Assembly: GCA_049903315.1 (NCBI GenBank)
Contig: JBNGBT010000006.1
Location: 147,914 to 211,913 of the forward strand
Reading direction: 5' to 3'
Length of the DNA stretch: 64,000 bases
DNA from: Candidatus Cloacimonadota bacterium
GTDB lineage: Bacteria > Cloacimonadota > Cloacimonadia > JGIOTU-2
Made by a program: the position numbers and the translations under genes. Positions 48,781-58,525 of this stretch are shown here, in pieces (within the stretch, counting starts at the first letter, position 1; each line of letters opens with the position of its first letter). The notes below the pieces were generated by a model that saw nothing but the letters and a program-made list of their open reading frames with translations, was not told the origin of the DNA and did no database searches.

Positions 48781-50109
48781 ATGAAAAAAAGAGCTATTCT
48801 CATTATATTTATATTATTATTTAATGTGAGTCTACATGCACTTGATCTTACTCTTGATCTTGCAAAAGAGCTTGCGATCAAAAATTATCCTGGTTACCTT
48901 TCTCAGATAGAAGCGTTGAAATCTGCTCAATCCGGTAAATGGAAAGCTTACTCAAGTATGCTTCCATCAGCGTCTCTCAATGTGAGTCAGACAAGATATA
49001 ATCCGGATCAAACAGTGGGAGTGAACAAAGCCGATAAATTGAACACATATGGTTTTTCGGTTACTCAACCCATTTTCAATGGCGGCAAGATCTGGCTTGG
49101 TGCGCGTATGCAGGAAGATGCAGTTAAGATAGCTGAGGAGAATCTGCGCATGACGAAGCTGGGAACTCTTGCTGGTGTGGAAGCACAATATTTTTCCGTT
49201 CTTCAAAATCAGCAGCTTATGAATATTGCGGAAAGGGATCTTGAATCCAGCAGAACAAACCTGGAGATCGCTAAAGCAAAATATGATTCCGGTCTTCTGT
49301 CTAAAGGAGATTACCTGCAAATTCAAGCTGAAAAAACCAACAAAATGGTAAGTGTGCTGCAGATGAAAAATCTGTATCAAACAAGTAAAATGAACCTCTT
49401 GAATTATCTGCAGATCGGCTCAATTGGAGTTGTCGAAGTAATTGACTCAACTGAATATTCTGACCTGTTACAGCGTCTTCAGAATTTATCACTTACCGAG
49501 ATAGACAATATTTCCAACAGCTTTGTTCAGTATGGAATGGAGAATAGCCCAGCCATTGCCATGTCCAAAATTGCAATAAAAACGAGCAAGAAATCACTTG
49601 TCATGGCTGGTGGCAATTTTCTTCCTTCGGTCAACCTGTCCTTTTCGAAAAATTGGATAAAATATGATTTTATGAGTGATTATGATAATTCTGAGAGTAT
49701 CACGCTCTCAGCATCGCTGCCGATTTTTCCAATCGTCGATAATGTAACCTCATATACCCAGGCACATCACGGTTTAAAGAAATCTCAGTATGATTATAAT
49801 TATACTAAAGATGGCGTGGTTACAGGAATAAAAGCTCAGTTCTTGAGTCTTGTCTCTTATGCCAATTCAATAATTGCAGCCAGAGTTTCACAGGCACAAG
49901 CAGGGGAAACCTATGCTCAGATGCAAGAGCATTTTGCGCAGGGAATGATAAGTGCGAACGATCTGAATTCAGCGCAGACCCTGTATCTTTCGACGCAAAA
50001 TCAGTATGTTCAATCTTTGTATGATTTCCTTGGAGCAAAATCAGCACTTTTGCAGCAATTAGGCACTGAAGAAGATATTATAATTGAAATAATAGAAAAG
50101 AATATATAA
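48781..50109 (+). CDS. TolC family outer-membrane efflux protein
   Basis: Signal peptide; LPSASL, QPIFNGG, duplicated OEP helices. Confidence 0.9.
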   Translation: MKKRAILIIFILLFNVSLHALDLTLDLAKELAIKNYPGYLSQIEALKSAQSGKWKAYSSMLPSASLNVSQTRYNPDQTVGVNKADKLNTYGFSVTQPIFNGGKIWLGARMQEDAVKIAEENLRMTKLGTLAGVEAQYFSVLQNQQLMNIAERDLESSRTNLEIAKAKYDSGLLSKGDYLQIQAEKTNKMVSVLQMKNLYQTSKMNLLNYLQIGSIGVVEVIDSTEYSDLLQRLQNLSLTEIDNISNSFVQYGMENSPAIAMSKIAIKTSKKSLVMAGGNFLPSVNLSFSKNWIKYDFMSDYDNSESITLSASLPIFPIVDNVTSYTQAHHGLKKSQYDYNYTKDGVVTGIKAQFLSLVSYANSIIAARVSQAQAGETYAQMQEHFAQGMISANDLNSAQTLYLSTQNQYVQSLYDFLGAKSALLQQLGTEEDIIIEIIEKNI

Positions 50110-50117
50110 GGAGAAAG

Positions 50118-51233
50118 ATGAATAACAAGAAATTTATAAATATGATTATCCTGCTTACGGGAGTAGTAATTCTCTTGTCAGCGTGCTCAAAACCCGGTGG
50201 CGAATTTAGCGGTATGAAAAAAGAAGCTGCCCCGACATCAGTGATAGTGGAAGTTGTTCAGCCCCGTGACCTTGAGGAATTTATAAAAATAGTCGGAACC
50301 CTTGAAGGTATTACCGATATCACTCTTTCCAGCGAAGTGAATGGGAAGATCGTTGAGAAATTAAAAAATCTCGGGGACTGGGTAAATAAGGGTGAGGCAA
50401 TTGGCAGGATCGATAATGCCGAGCTCAAAAACATGGTTGACCAGGCAGATGCTTCTTTACTTGCTGCAAAGGCATCCTTCGAAAGTGCCGAACTAAACCT
50501 TACGACATCAAAAAAGTTATATGATGATGGGAAAGTGTCCAAAATGTCTTATCTTGAAGCTCAGATAGGTCATAAGAATGCTCAGGCAGGTCTCGAAGCT
50601 GCAAAAGCCGGACTCGAGAGTGCGAAACGATATCTGGAAAATTCTCTGTTCACCGCACCTGTCTCTGGATTTATTACAAATATAAATTTGGAGGTTGGCG
50701 AAATGATAGGGGCAGGAAGCCCGGTGTGTTCGATCGTCAATACAAAAAAACTCATCCTCAAAACAGGAATTGGTGAAAGCAATATCCTGAATGTGAGCAA
50801 AGGGCAGCATGTGAGTATCCATTATGATGACTACAAGCAAGAATTTGACGGAGTAATCACAGGCGTGGGCATCAAACCGATTGCAGGAACAGCTAATTAT
50901 CCGGTCGAGATCGAGCTGGACAATACAGATCAGATGCTGCTGCCCGGAATGGTTGTGGAAGGATATATTCTTGCACATGTTTATGAAGATGTCATATATA
51001 CTTCTCTCAATAATATCTCAGAGAAATATGACGATAAACTCGTATATATTATTGATGAAAACAACACAGCGCATAAGATAAATATTGAACTTGGAGAAGA
51101 AGTTGATCGTGATGTTATCATCAAGAAGGGTTTGAACCCCGGAGATAGGCTTGTGAGAGAAGGTTATGAGAATCTGCAGGAAGGCACAAAAGTAATAATC
51201 AAATCTGTCTATCAGTCCGAGACATCATCGTAA
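50118..51233 (+). CDS. RND periplasmic adaptor (membrane fusion) lipoprotein
   Basis: LSAC lipobox; SEVNGKI..GDWV.KG, APVSG, LLPGM motifs. Confidence 0.92.
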   Translation: MNNKKFINMIILLTGVVILLSACSKPGGEFSGMKKEAAPTSVIVEVVQPRDLEEFIKIVGTLEGITDITLSSEVNGKIVEKLKNLGDWVNKGEAIGRIDNAELKNMVDQADASLLAAKASFESAELNLTTSKKLYDDGKVSKMSYLEAQIGHKNAQAGLEAAKAGLESAKRYLENSLFTAPVSGFITNINLEVGEMIGAGSPVCSIVNTKKLILKTGIGESNILNVSKGQHVSIHYDDYKQEFDGVITGVGIKPIAGTANYPVEIELDNTDQMLLPGMVVEGYILAHVYEDVIYTSLNNISEKYDDKLVYIIDENNTAHKINIELGEEVDRDVIIKKGLNPGDRLVREGYENLQEGTKVIIKSVYQSETSS

Positions 51234-51242
51234 GGAGTTCTT

Positions 51243-54200
51243 ATGTCATTAGCACAGTTTTCAGTAGATCATAGCAAGCTGATAAACATGATCATGGTCA
51301 TCGTGTTCATCGTTGGTATTTACACACTCATTTTCATGCCAAAGGAAGAGATGCCTTCAGTAGAATTCGGTGCATTCTATATTGTGGTTTCCTATCGCGG
51401 GGTATCTCCTGAAGAGATGGAAAATCTTGTGGTGAAGAAGCTCGAAGAGCAGATCATTAATCTGGATAATGTCGACTATTTTCAATCGACATCAGCAGCG
51501 GGGAGGGCTACGATCTTTATCAGAATGGAACCTAATGCCGATATTGATCAGGCATGGTCAGACCTGAACACTGAGATGCAGAAAGTAACCAACCTGCCGG
51601 ATGATGCAGATGATCCGATCCTTGTCCGCCTCAATATGAGAGAAGTCAACGAGATATGTACCGTTGCCCTGGGCGGAGATTTTTCTGCGAATGCGATCAG
51701 AGAGATCGCCAATGATTATAAAGATGAGATATTGACGCTTCCGAATATTGCGAACGTGGAAATTGCCGGTACTCGTGACCGTGAGATCTGGATTGAGAAT
51801 GACGTACATAAACTTGATCAATATGGATTGAGTATTTTTGATATTGCGAATGCGATTACGAATAGAAATAAAAATGTTCCGGCAGGGGATATAAGATTCG
51901 GACGCGCAGAATTTCTCATTCGGACTGTCGGGGAATTTGATACTGTTGATGAGATAAGAGACGTAATCGTGAAAATGGATAAAAATGGGAGAGCCATCAG
52001 GATTGGGAATGTTGCAACAGTTATAGATACGCTCGAAGAACAGGTTACAATAGGCAAACTCAACGGCGATAAAGCAGTAAACGTGAATATTTATATGGAT
52101 GCCGAAGGGAACATCCTTCAAGTTATGAAGGATATACGGGCAGCATCCAATACATTTGTTGAAAACGTTCCCGGCTTGAATCTGGAAGTGAGAAATGATG
52201 GATCAATCGAGGTAAAAAATAGTCTATTCACGCTTGGAAATAATGCTCTTTTTGGTATTATACTTGTTTTCATTACATTATTAATTTTCATCGGTTGGAG
52301 AAATGCATTATTTGCAGCATGGGGAATTCCTTTCAGTTTTTTCCTGACATTTGTGATCATGGATTTTCTTGGTGTGACCATGAACAATCTCAGCTTGTTT
52401 GCGCTTATTCTGGTGATCGGAATGATCGTGGATGATGCAATCATCGTGCTCGAGAATGTGCATCGTTACAGAGAGCAGGGAATGAGTGCAAAAGAGGCAG
52501 CGATAAAGGGCACCAATGAGATCATGTGGCCCGTCGTGGCAGCTGTGGCGACGACCATTGCGGCATTTCTGCCCATGCTTTTAATGAAAGGCATGATGGG
52601 TAAATTCATGAGTGTGTTTCCGATAGTTGTATCCATTGCACTTTTTGCCTCATTGCTCGAATGTCTTATCATTCTCCCATCCCATATTGCAGATTTTAGC
52701 GGAAAGTCGGGTGAGAATCTCAAAGATAAAACTCATAAACTACACGCCTGGCTTACCAAGGTTTACAAGTACCTCATCAAACGAGCGCTGAAGCATAGAT
52801 ATATTTCAGTCATTATAGTTGTTTTCGCTTTAGTTTTAGCTCTCAGTGCCTTTGGAATGGGATTGGTAAAATTTGAGTTCTTTCCATCCGGTACTCCTAA
52901 AACAATAATACTCAATCTGGAAACTCCAGTGGGCACAAGTCTGGAAAAAACGGATGAAGTTGCATCTCAAATTGAGGAATTTATTCAGAACATGGAAGAA
53001 AGCTCAGATATTGAAGCCGTTGTTTCTACAATCGGGCAATATACAGAGCATCACAGAACCCAGGTCGAAACCTCAAATGCAGAAATAAAAATCGACCTGC
53101 TTGATGCAGATGACCTTACCTATCCCATTGAGCAAACCAAAGGTACTATCAGAAAATATCTTGATACTGTGCCCGGTCTTTTCTCATACAAATTTATCGA
53201 AGGACAGCGTGGTGGACCTCCCACAGATGCGGATATTGAGTTACGTATTATCGGGAACAACATTGATAAACTCGAAAGTATCGGAAGCTATGTGATTTCA
53301 ATGCTGGAAGACATCCCGGGAGTATCTGATATTGAAACCAATATGGATGACGGTAAAAAAGAGATAAAAATCGTGCCAAAGCATGATAAGCTCGGATTGT
53401 ACGGCTTGACGGTGAGCAGTATTTCTTCAGTCATTTCTATTGCTTCATATGGAGCTCCAGTCTCAAAATTCAGGGGTGGAGAACTCGATGAATATGATAT
53501 TGTTGTCCGTGTGCGTGAGGATCAGATAGATGATGTTACTGATTTGAAAGAGATAAAGATCCGCACAAACTCAGGTGATCTTATTCCACTAAAAGAGTTA
53601 GCTGATTTTGAAATATCAGCAGGTTATTCTCAAATCGAACATTATAACGGTAACAGGGTTCTCACTATCACCGGGAATACTACGACGTATGATGATAATG
53701 GAAAATCAGTGAAACAAACACCTGATGAAGTAACAAATATATTGAGAGGGAATACCCTGACTGGCGAGCAGGGAGTTCTGAGTAATTTTACAGAGCGTTT
53801 CCCTGGATATCAGCTGCAATATGGCGGTGTAACCCAGCAAAGAACTGAGGTGTATAACTCATTGTACATAGCTTTAGTTGTTGCGCTTATTCTCATTTTT
53901 GCTATTCTCGCTGCGAAATTCAATTCCTATGTGCAACCCTTCATTGTGATGCTCACTATTCCTTTTGCAATCATCGGAGTGATATTCGGTTTGATAATCA
54001 CGAGTTTACCCTTCTCTATGATGACGCTGATTGCAGTGCTTGCTCTTGCCGGTGTTGTGGTTAATGATTCTCTCGTGCTGGTCGATTTTGTCAACAATGA
54101 AAGAGAGCGGGGTGTGGATAGGTGGAATTCTCTCATCAATGCTGGTACCGTTCGTCTTCGTCCTATCCTGATGACAACGGTTACCACGATAGCTGGATTT

Positions 54201-54410
54201 ATGCCAATCCTTCTTTCTACATCAAGCCAGGTTGAGAGCTGGAAACCGATCGCAGTTAGTATTGCATTCGGACTTGCCTTTGCTACATTGCTCACACTCT
54301 TCATTATTCCTGTAGTCTATTCATTTATTGATTCCATATTCGGTAGACTCGGCATGACCAGGTTCAAAACCCATAAGAAATTTGATGAATGTGTAGATTG
54401 TAAAAAATAA
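51243..54410 (+). CDS. RND efflux transporter permease (AcrB/AcrD/AcrF family)
   Basis: GMIVDDAIIVLEN, GVVVNDSLVLVD, RLRPILMTT motifs. Confidence 0.95.
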   Translation: MSLAQFSVDHSKLINMIMVIVFIVGIYTLIFMPKEEMPSVEFGAFYIVVSYRGVSPEEMENLVVKKLEEQIINLDNVDYFQSTSAAGRATIFIRMEPNADIDQAWSDLNTEMQKVTNLPDDADDPILVRLNMREVNEICTVALGGDFSANAIREIANDYKDEILTLPNIANVEIAGTRDREIWIENDVHKLDQYGLSIFDIANAITNRNKNVPAGDIRFGRAEFLIRTVGEFDTVDEIRDVIVKMDKNGRAIRIGNVATVIDTLEEQVTIGKLNGDKAVNVNIYMDAEGNILQVMKDIRAASNTFVENVPGLNLEVRNDGSIEVKNSLFTLGNNALFGIILVFITLLIFIGWRNALFAAWGIPFSFFLTFVIMDFLGVTMNNLSLFALILVIGMIVDDAIIVLENVHRYREQGMSAKEAAIKGTNEIMWPVVAAVATTIAAFLPMLLMKGMMGKFMSVFPIVVSIALFASLLECLIILPSHIADFSGKSGENLKDKTHKLHAWLTKVYKYLIKRALKHRYISVIIVVFALVLALSAFGMGLVKFEFFPSGTPKTIILNLETPVGTSLEKTDEVASQIEEFIQNMEESSDIEAVVSTIGQYTEHHRTQVETSNAEIKIDLLDADDLTYPIEQTKGTIRKYLDTVPGLFSYKFIEGQRGGPPTDADIELRIIGNNIDKLESIGSYVISMLEDIPGVSDIETNMDDGKKEIKIVPKHDKLGLYGLTVSSISSVISIASYGAPVSKFRGGELDEYDIVVRVREDQIDDVTDLKEIKIRTNSGDLIPLKELADFEISAGYSQIEHYNGNRVLTITGNTTTYDDNGKSVKQTPDEVTNILRGNTLTGEQGVLSNFTERFPGYQLQYGGVTQQRTEVYNSLYIALVVALILIFAILAAKFNSYVQPFIVMLTIPFAIIGVIFGLIITSLPFSMMTLIAVLALAGVVVNDSLVLVDFVNNERERGVDRWNSLINAGTVRLRPILMTTVTTIAGFMPILLSTSSQVESWKPIAVSIAFGLAFATLLTLFIIPVVYSFIDSIFGRLGMTRFKTHKKFDECVDCKK

Positions 54411-54428
54411 TTAAACATTCTCCTATTA

Positions 54429-54470
54429 ATCAAGAAGCCGGACTCTTTGGAGTTCGGCTTCTTGATATTT
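54429..54470 (+). terminator. Intrinsic terminator
   Basis: atcaagaagccggactc-tttg-gagttcggcttcttgat. Confidence 0.8.
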
Positions 54471-54633
54471 AAGAAAAGAATTAAAATTGAGAATGATTGA
54501 ATAAAACGAATTTTAGTTTTATCTAATCAGTAAAAATATAATCCTAAAAGACTAAAAAAATAAATAAAATAAATATAATGCTTGACATAATTAATATGTA
54601 TCTTAAAAAAATCAACAATGAAAGTGAGGTTCT

Positions 54634-54999
54634 ATGAATAATAGATTAAAGCAATGTCCCGTGTGCAATTCCACACTGGAAATTAAGGAATATCATTGCG
54701 CAAAATGTGACACAACGATCAGGGGAAATTTTGAGGTGGGTGATCTAGCTTCACTTTCTGCTCCTCAGCAGGAATTTGTGAAAACCTTCATCTGCAATCA
54801 GGGAAATATCAAAGAAGTGGAAAAAGCGCTTGGCATTTCCTATCCAACAGTGAAAAACAGACTTACAGAAATCGTGAATGTGCTCTGTCCATCATCTATT
54901 AATGAAAAAGTACAATTTTCTACATCAGTTTTAGACGAAATTGATCGAGGGGAGATCTCGGTCGAAGATGCGATAAAAAAATTAAAAAAAAGGAGTTAA
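54634..54999 (+). CDS. DUF2089 family Zn-ribbon/HTH protein
   Basis: CPVC..C..C; GNIKEVEKALGISYPTVKNRL. Confidence 0.88.
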   Translation: MNNRLKQCPVCNSTLEIKEYHCAKCDTTIRGNFEVGDLASLSAPQQEFVKTFICNQGNIKEVEKALGISYPTVKNRLTEIVNVLCPSSINEKVQFSTSVLDEIDRGEISVEDAIKKLKKRS

Positions 55000-55000
55000 C

Positions 55001-56341
55001 ATGATAAAAAATTTTGTTGAAACAAGAAAAATTAATACGAAGAGTGACCTCCGATTGCTCTTAACATCCCATAATGTCGGCTTTACAGTTCAAGGGCATG
55101 AAAGCGAAGAAACCTCGCTTGATATATCGCTGGAACTGCATGGAAATATCCCGGATGATCTCACGCTGGATGATATACTGAAGGTTGAGTACAAAGAAAA
55201 GAGCAATGAACTCGCTATTGAATATAAAGAGCCTGACCATATCCATTCTCAAAAAGCGAGAATTGAGATATTAGTTCCACACAAGACCATGGTTGCATCA
55301 AATCTTTCAAATGGAGGTATCAAGCTCGATGACCTCATTGGGAATCACAATTTGGAATCCCATAATGGCTCAATAACAGTTACTGATAATAAAGGGGATG
55401 CCATATGTAAAACGCGTAATGGTTCTCAAAAATTGGAAGACTGCGATGGGGATATTGAAGCAAAAACTCGGAATGGCAGCATTTCAATACGCTCATGCAA
55501 CGGAAGTATGAATATCGATGGCGAGAATGGATCGTGCAAGATTAGCAAATGCAAAGGCATTCTTACACTCAATCTCGAAAATGGTCCGATCAGAATTATT
55601 GAAGGAGCTTTTAAGAATGTAGAGCTTAAAAATAATAATGGAAGCATATATTACGAGTTTCTTCCAGTACATAAGGGAGATTTTTCCTTTAAAAATAAAA
55701 ATGGGAAAATATTGCTTATTGTACCCGAAGAAATAGAATTTTCTTTGAAAGCAGAGAATCATCTTGGAAATATAAGGATTGGATTGGATGGCGAATACGA
55801 CCGAAAAAAAGATGATGAGGGCCAAAGTATAGAGATGGTCAAAGGGGCAGGTAAAGTAAAAATTAAAGTAAAAAATCAGCTTGGAAGTATTCAGCTTATG
55901 AAGGATCCTATTCAGAAAGACACGCGCATGGATTTTTCGAGTTTTGGAGATTATATTTCCGATATCTTCGACAATATTCCATTTGAAGAAGGCATGGATC
56001 AGGCAAAGAAAGCTTTCAATAAAGCAAAAGACCAATTCAAGAACATGAACGTCGATATTTCACAGACCTTTGAAAAAACGATGGAAAGTCTTGAAAAGAA
56101 CAAGGATAAGATCAAAGCAAAAATTGATGAGGAGATCAAAGATAAAAAACATGCAGAGGAGCTGAAAAAGAAATTCAAAGAAGCTGTTGAATCGGTAAAA
56201 GAAGCGTTTCATAAAAGACAAGATGAAAAGGAATCTATGAGTGAGAGCAGGATGAAAATACTGGATATGCTTGAAAAAGGAACGATCAATCCAGATGAAG
56301 CAGAACGTCTTTTAAAAGCACTTGGAGAAGATGATGAATGA
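55001..56341 (+). CDS. DUF4097 beta-strand repeat protein with coiled coil and C-terminal SHOCT-like domain
   Basis: NGSI repeats; RMKILDMLEKGTINPDEAERLLKAL. Confidence 0.85.
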   Translation: MIKNFVETRKINTKSDLRLLLTSHNVGFTVQGHESEETSLDISLELHGNIPDDLTLDDILKVEYKEKSNELAIEYKEPDHIHSQKARIEILVPHKTMVASNLSNGGIKLDDLIGNHNLESHNGSITVTDNKGDAICKTRNGSQKLEDCDGDIEAKTRNGSISIRSCNGSMNIDGENGSCKISKCKGILTLNLENGPIRIIEGAFKNVELKNNNGSIYYEFLPVHKGDFSFKNKNGKILLIVPEEIEFSLKAENHLGNIRIGLDGEYDRKKDDEGQSIEMVKGAGKVKIKVKNQLGSIQLMKDPIQKDTRMDFSSFGDYISDIFDNIPFEEGMDQAKKAFNKAKDQFKNMNVDISQTFEKTMESLEKNKDKIKAKIDEEIKDKKHAEELKKKFKEAVESVKEAFHKRQDEKESMSESRMKILDMLEKGTINPDEAERLLKALGEDDE

Positions 56342-56726
56342 GAAAAAAAAGATCGTAGATATGCTTGCAAGCGGTAAAATAGATGCTAATCAGGCAGAAG
56401 AACTACTCAAAGCAATATCATACAAAAGAAAAAGTACTGTAAGAAGTGAAATGCGGAAACTGGTATTTGAAATTAAAGAACAGGATTCGGAAAAGCATAT
56501 TGTGCATATCGAGTTGCCGGTTTCTCTTTTACATGCAGGTCTGAAAATCTTGCCGAAAGAAGCAGTTATTAATACCAAAATAGGCAGTACCGCTTTTGAT
56601 ATTTCTTCAATCAACTGGGATGATATCATTTCACAAGCAGCAGGCGGCGATGTCGGAGATCTGCTATACATGGAAATAAATAATGATGATGAACACCCAA
56701 TAATTATCCATATTTATATTGAATAG
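56334..56726 (+). CDS. SHOCT-like domain protein
   Basis: EKKKIVDMLASGKIDANQAEELLKAI; overlaps the upstream stop codon. Confidence 0.8.
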   Translation: MNEKKKIVDMLASGKIDANQAEELLKAISYKRKSTVRSEMRKLVFEIKEQDSEKHIVHIELPVSLLHAGLKILPKEAVINTKIGSTAFDISSINWDDIISQAAGGDVGDLLYMEINNDDEHPIIIHIYIE

Positions 56727-56839
56727 GGGAAGAAAGATCCAGTAATTCATTTCAAATTGCATAATAAATTGACAGTATATTTCACATTGGCATCTTCTTT
56801 CTATGAGATTAGTTTTCATCATGTTATATGGGAGATCGC

Positions 56840-57439
56840 ATGAAAAGAATTAAGATATTTGTATTTGTTATACTGGCATGTCTGCTTGCTTCTTGTGCTA
56901 GAGTATATGTCCCCTATACTCTTCAGCTTCAGCAGGATTACAATCTCACCGACGAAGAAATTATGCAATTACAGTTTTATGTGTCGGATAAAGTAATACT
57001 TGAACGTGAAATAGTTGATGTAGACAAAAAAATTTCTAAGAAACACAGACTTGAAAAGGTTGAAGATAAACTTCTTGACCAAGTTGTATTTCGTTCTTTA
57101 ACGCCCGGTGTAGCTAAAGATCTGGTGCCATTTATGCTAAGAGTTGCGTTTGAGGAGCAGGGCTATCTCACCTTTAAATCTGAAGGCGAACCTGAAGATT
57201 ATTTCTATTTTAAAAGCGATCGTTATGGTAATGAGATCAAAGAAAAAATTATCAATTATTGCAAATGGTTCCAGCTGATTGAAGATGAAATATTCAGCAA
57301 TGGACTGGTCACCTATAACGTCAATGAGTACTGGGTATTCTTTCCAGAAAATCGCCCACATCTTCTCGTTGATGAAGAGAGTCTGGAAAAGATTAAAGAA
57401 CAGCGAAGAATCGTAAAGGGAATCAAACAGAAAAAGTAA
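56840..57439 (+). CDS. Lipoprotein of unknown function
   Basis: LLASC lipobox; ggag RBS. Confidence 0.8.
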   Translation: MKRIKIFVFVILACLLASCARVYVPYTLQLQQDYNLTDEEIMQLQFYVSDKVILEREIVDVDKKISKKHRLEKVEDKLLDQVVFRSLTPGVAKDLVPFMLRVAFEEQGYLTFKSEGEPEDYFYFKSDRYGNEIKEKIINYCKWFQLIEDEIFSNGLVTYNVNEYWVFFPENRPHLLVDEESLEKIKEQRRIVKGIKQKK

Positions 57440-57523
57440 TTAAACTTAAGTTTCGAAAGAGGGGATGGGATCAGAATGTATTTCTAGTACCAATACTTTG
57501 AGAATTACTTTAACTATAAAGAT

Positions 57524-57757
57524 TTAACGATATTCTCTGATCACGCCTACTTTTTCTTTTTTATCCTGTCTTTTTTTATCAGCATTCGAGAGAAGGCCAA
57601 CAATAAATCCAGCAACAAAGAGAAGAGGATAAAAAATTATCTTAGACATTTCAATTTCCCAGAAGAGAATTGTAAGAGATACCTTTGCAGAATTTTGGAT
57701 TACGACAATAATGACAGCAATGATTAAAAGAATCGTAATAATTTGTTTTACTTTCAT
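57524..57757 (-). CDS. LapA (DUF1049)-like small membrane protein
   Basis: IVVIQNSAKVSLTILFW followed by a second TM segment; gaggtg RBS. Confidence 0.75.
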   Translation of the reverse strand: MKVKQIITILLIIAVIIVVIQNSAKVSLTILFWEIEMSKIIFYPLLFVAGFIVGLLSNADKKRQDKKEKVGVIREYR

Positions 57758-58525
57758 CTGAAAACACCTCGTTTATTTTTCTTAAATTCTTAATTAACAA
57801 AAAATGATGCTGAATAAGATTACATTGATTTATTGAGTGAACTAAGAAAATTTCTGTCAAAGATTCTGATATCAGATGAGTTAACAACGTGAAGCAACCG
57901 ATTATATTTCTCAAAATATCCACAAGTTTAATAAAAATCAGTAAATGTTATATGTTTGAAAACTGTAAAATGCAGAATGTAAGAAATAGAGATAATTGCA
58001 TTTATATTAGTGATAATTTTTTTAATTAAAAATTGTTTTTGGTTTATTAATATATTATTATAATAAATAAAGCAAATGAAAATATTCTATTGTTTCTTGA
58101 CAAATCTTATTTTATTTCTGACTATTGCGTCCACTATGAATAATACTCTTTATTATGCGAAAATATGGGATTGCTGTAAGATTGCTACGTTACTTGGAAT
58201 TTATAAAAATGAAATAGTGAGTATGTAGTTTATGAAATTTAATTCAAAGATCGGTTCGCAAAGAAACAATTCTTTTCAAGAATTTTTTACTATTGAAATG
58301 ATAAAATTTAATTTAACCAAAATAAGAAAAAAAATGTTAATGTCAAAAATAGGTCAGCCAATATATTTTCACTATTTTTTTAGGCTCTTGAACCGAATTA
58401 TATTCGGGATAAATATTAACATCACTAGAACGGAAACTGGGAAATTGGCTTATGCTCATTACCCAGAATTAAAATATGTTTACTAATAAATTAGAAAGAT
58501 TATTCCTTTTATTTGGAGGAAAAAA

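Noticed and set aside
58103..58525. Known riboswitch, or the 84-aa ORF 58232-58486, in the giant gene leader
   Set aside because: Only weak hairpins and no aptamer consensus I recognise; the ORF looks like AT-rich noise. An Rfam scan would settle it.
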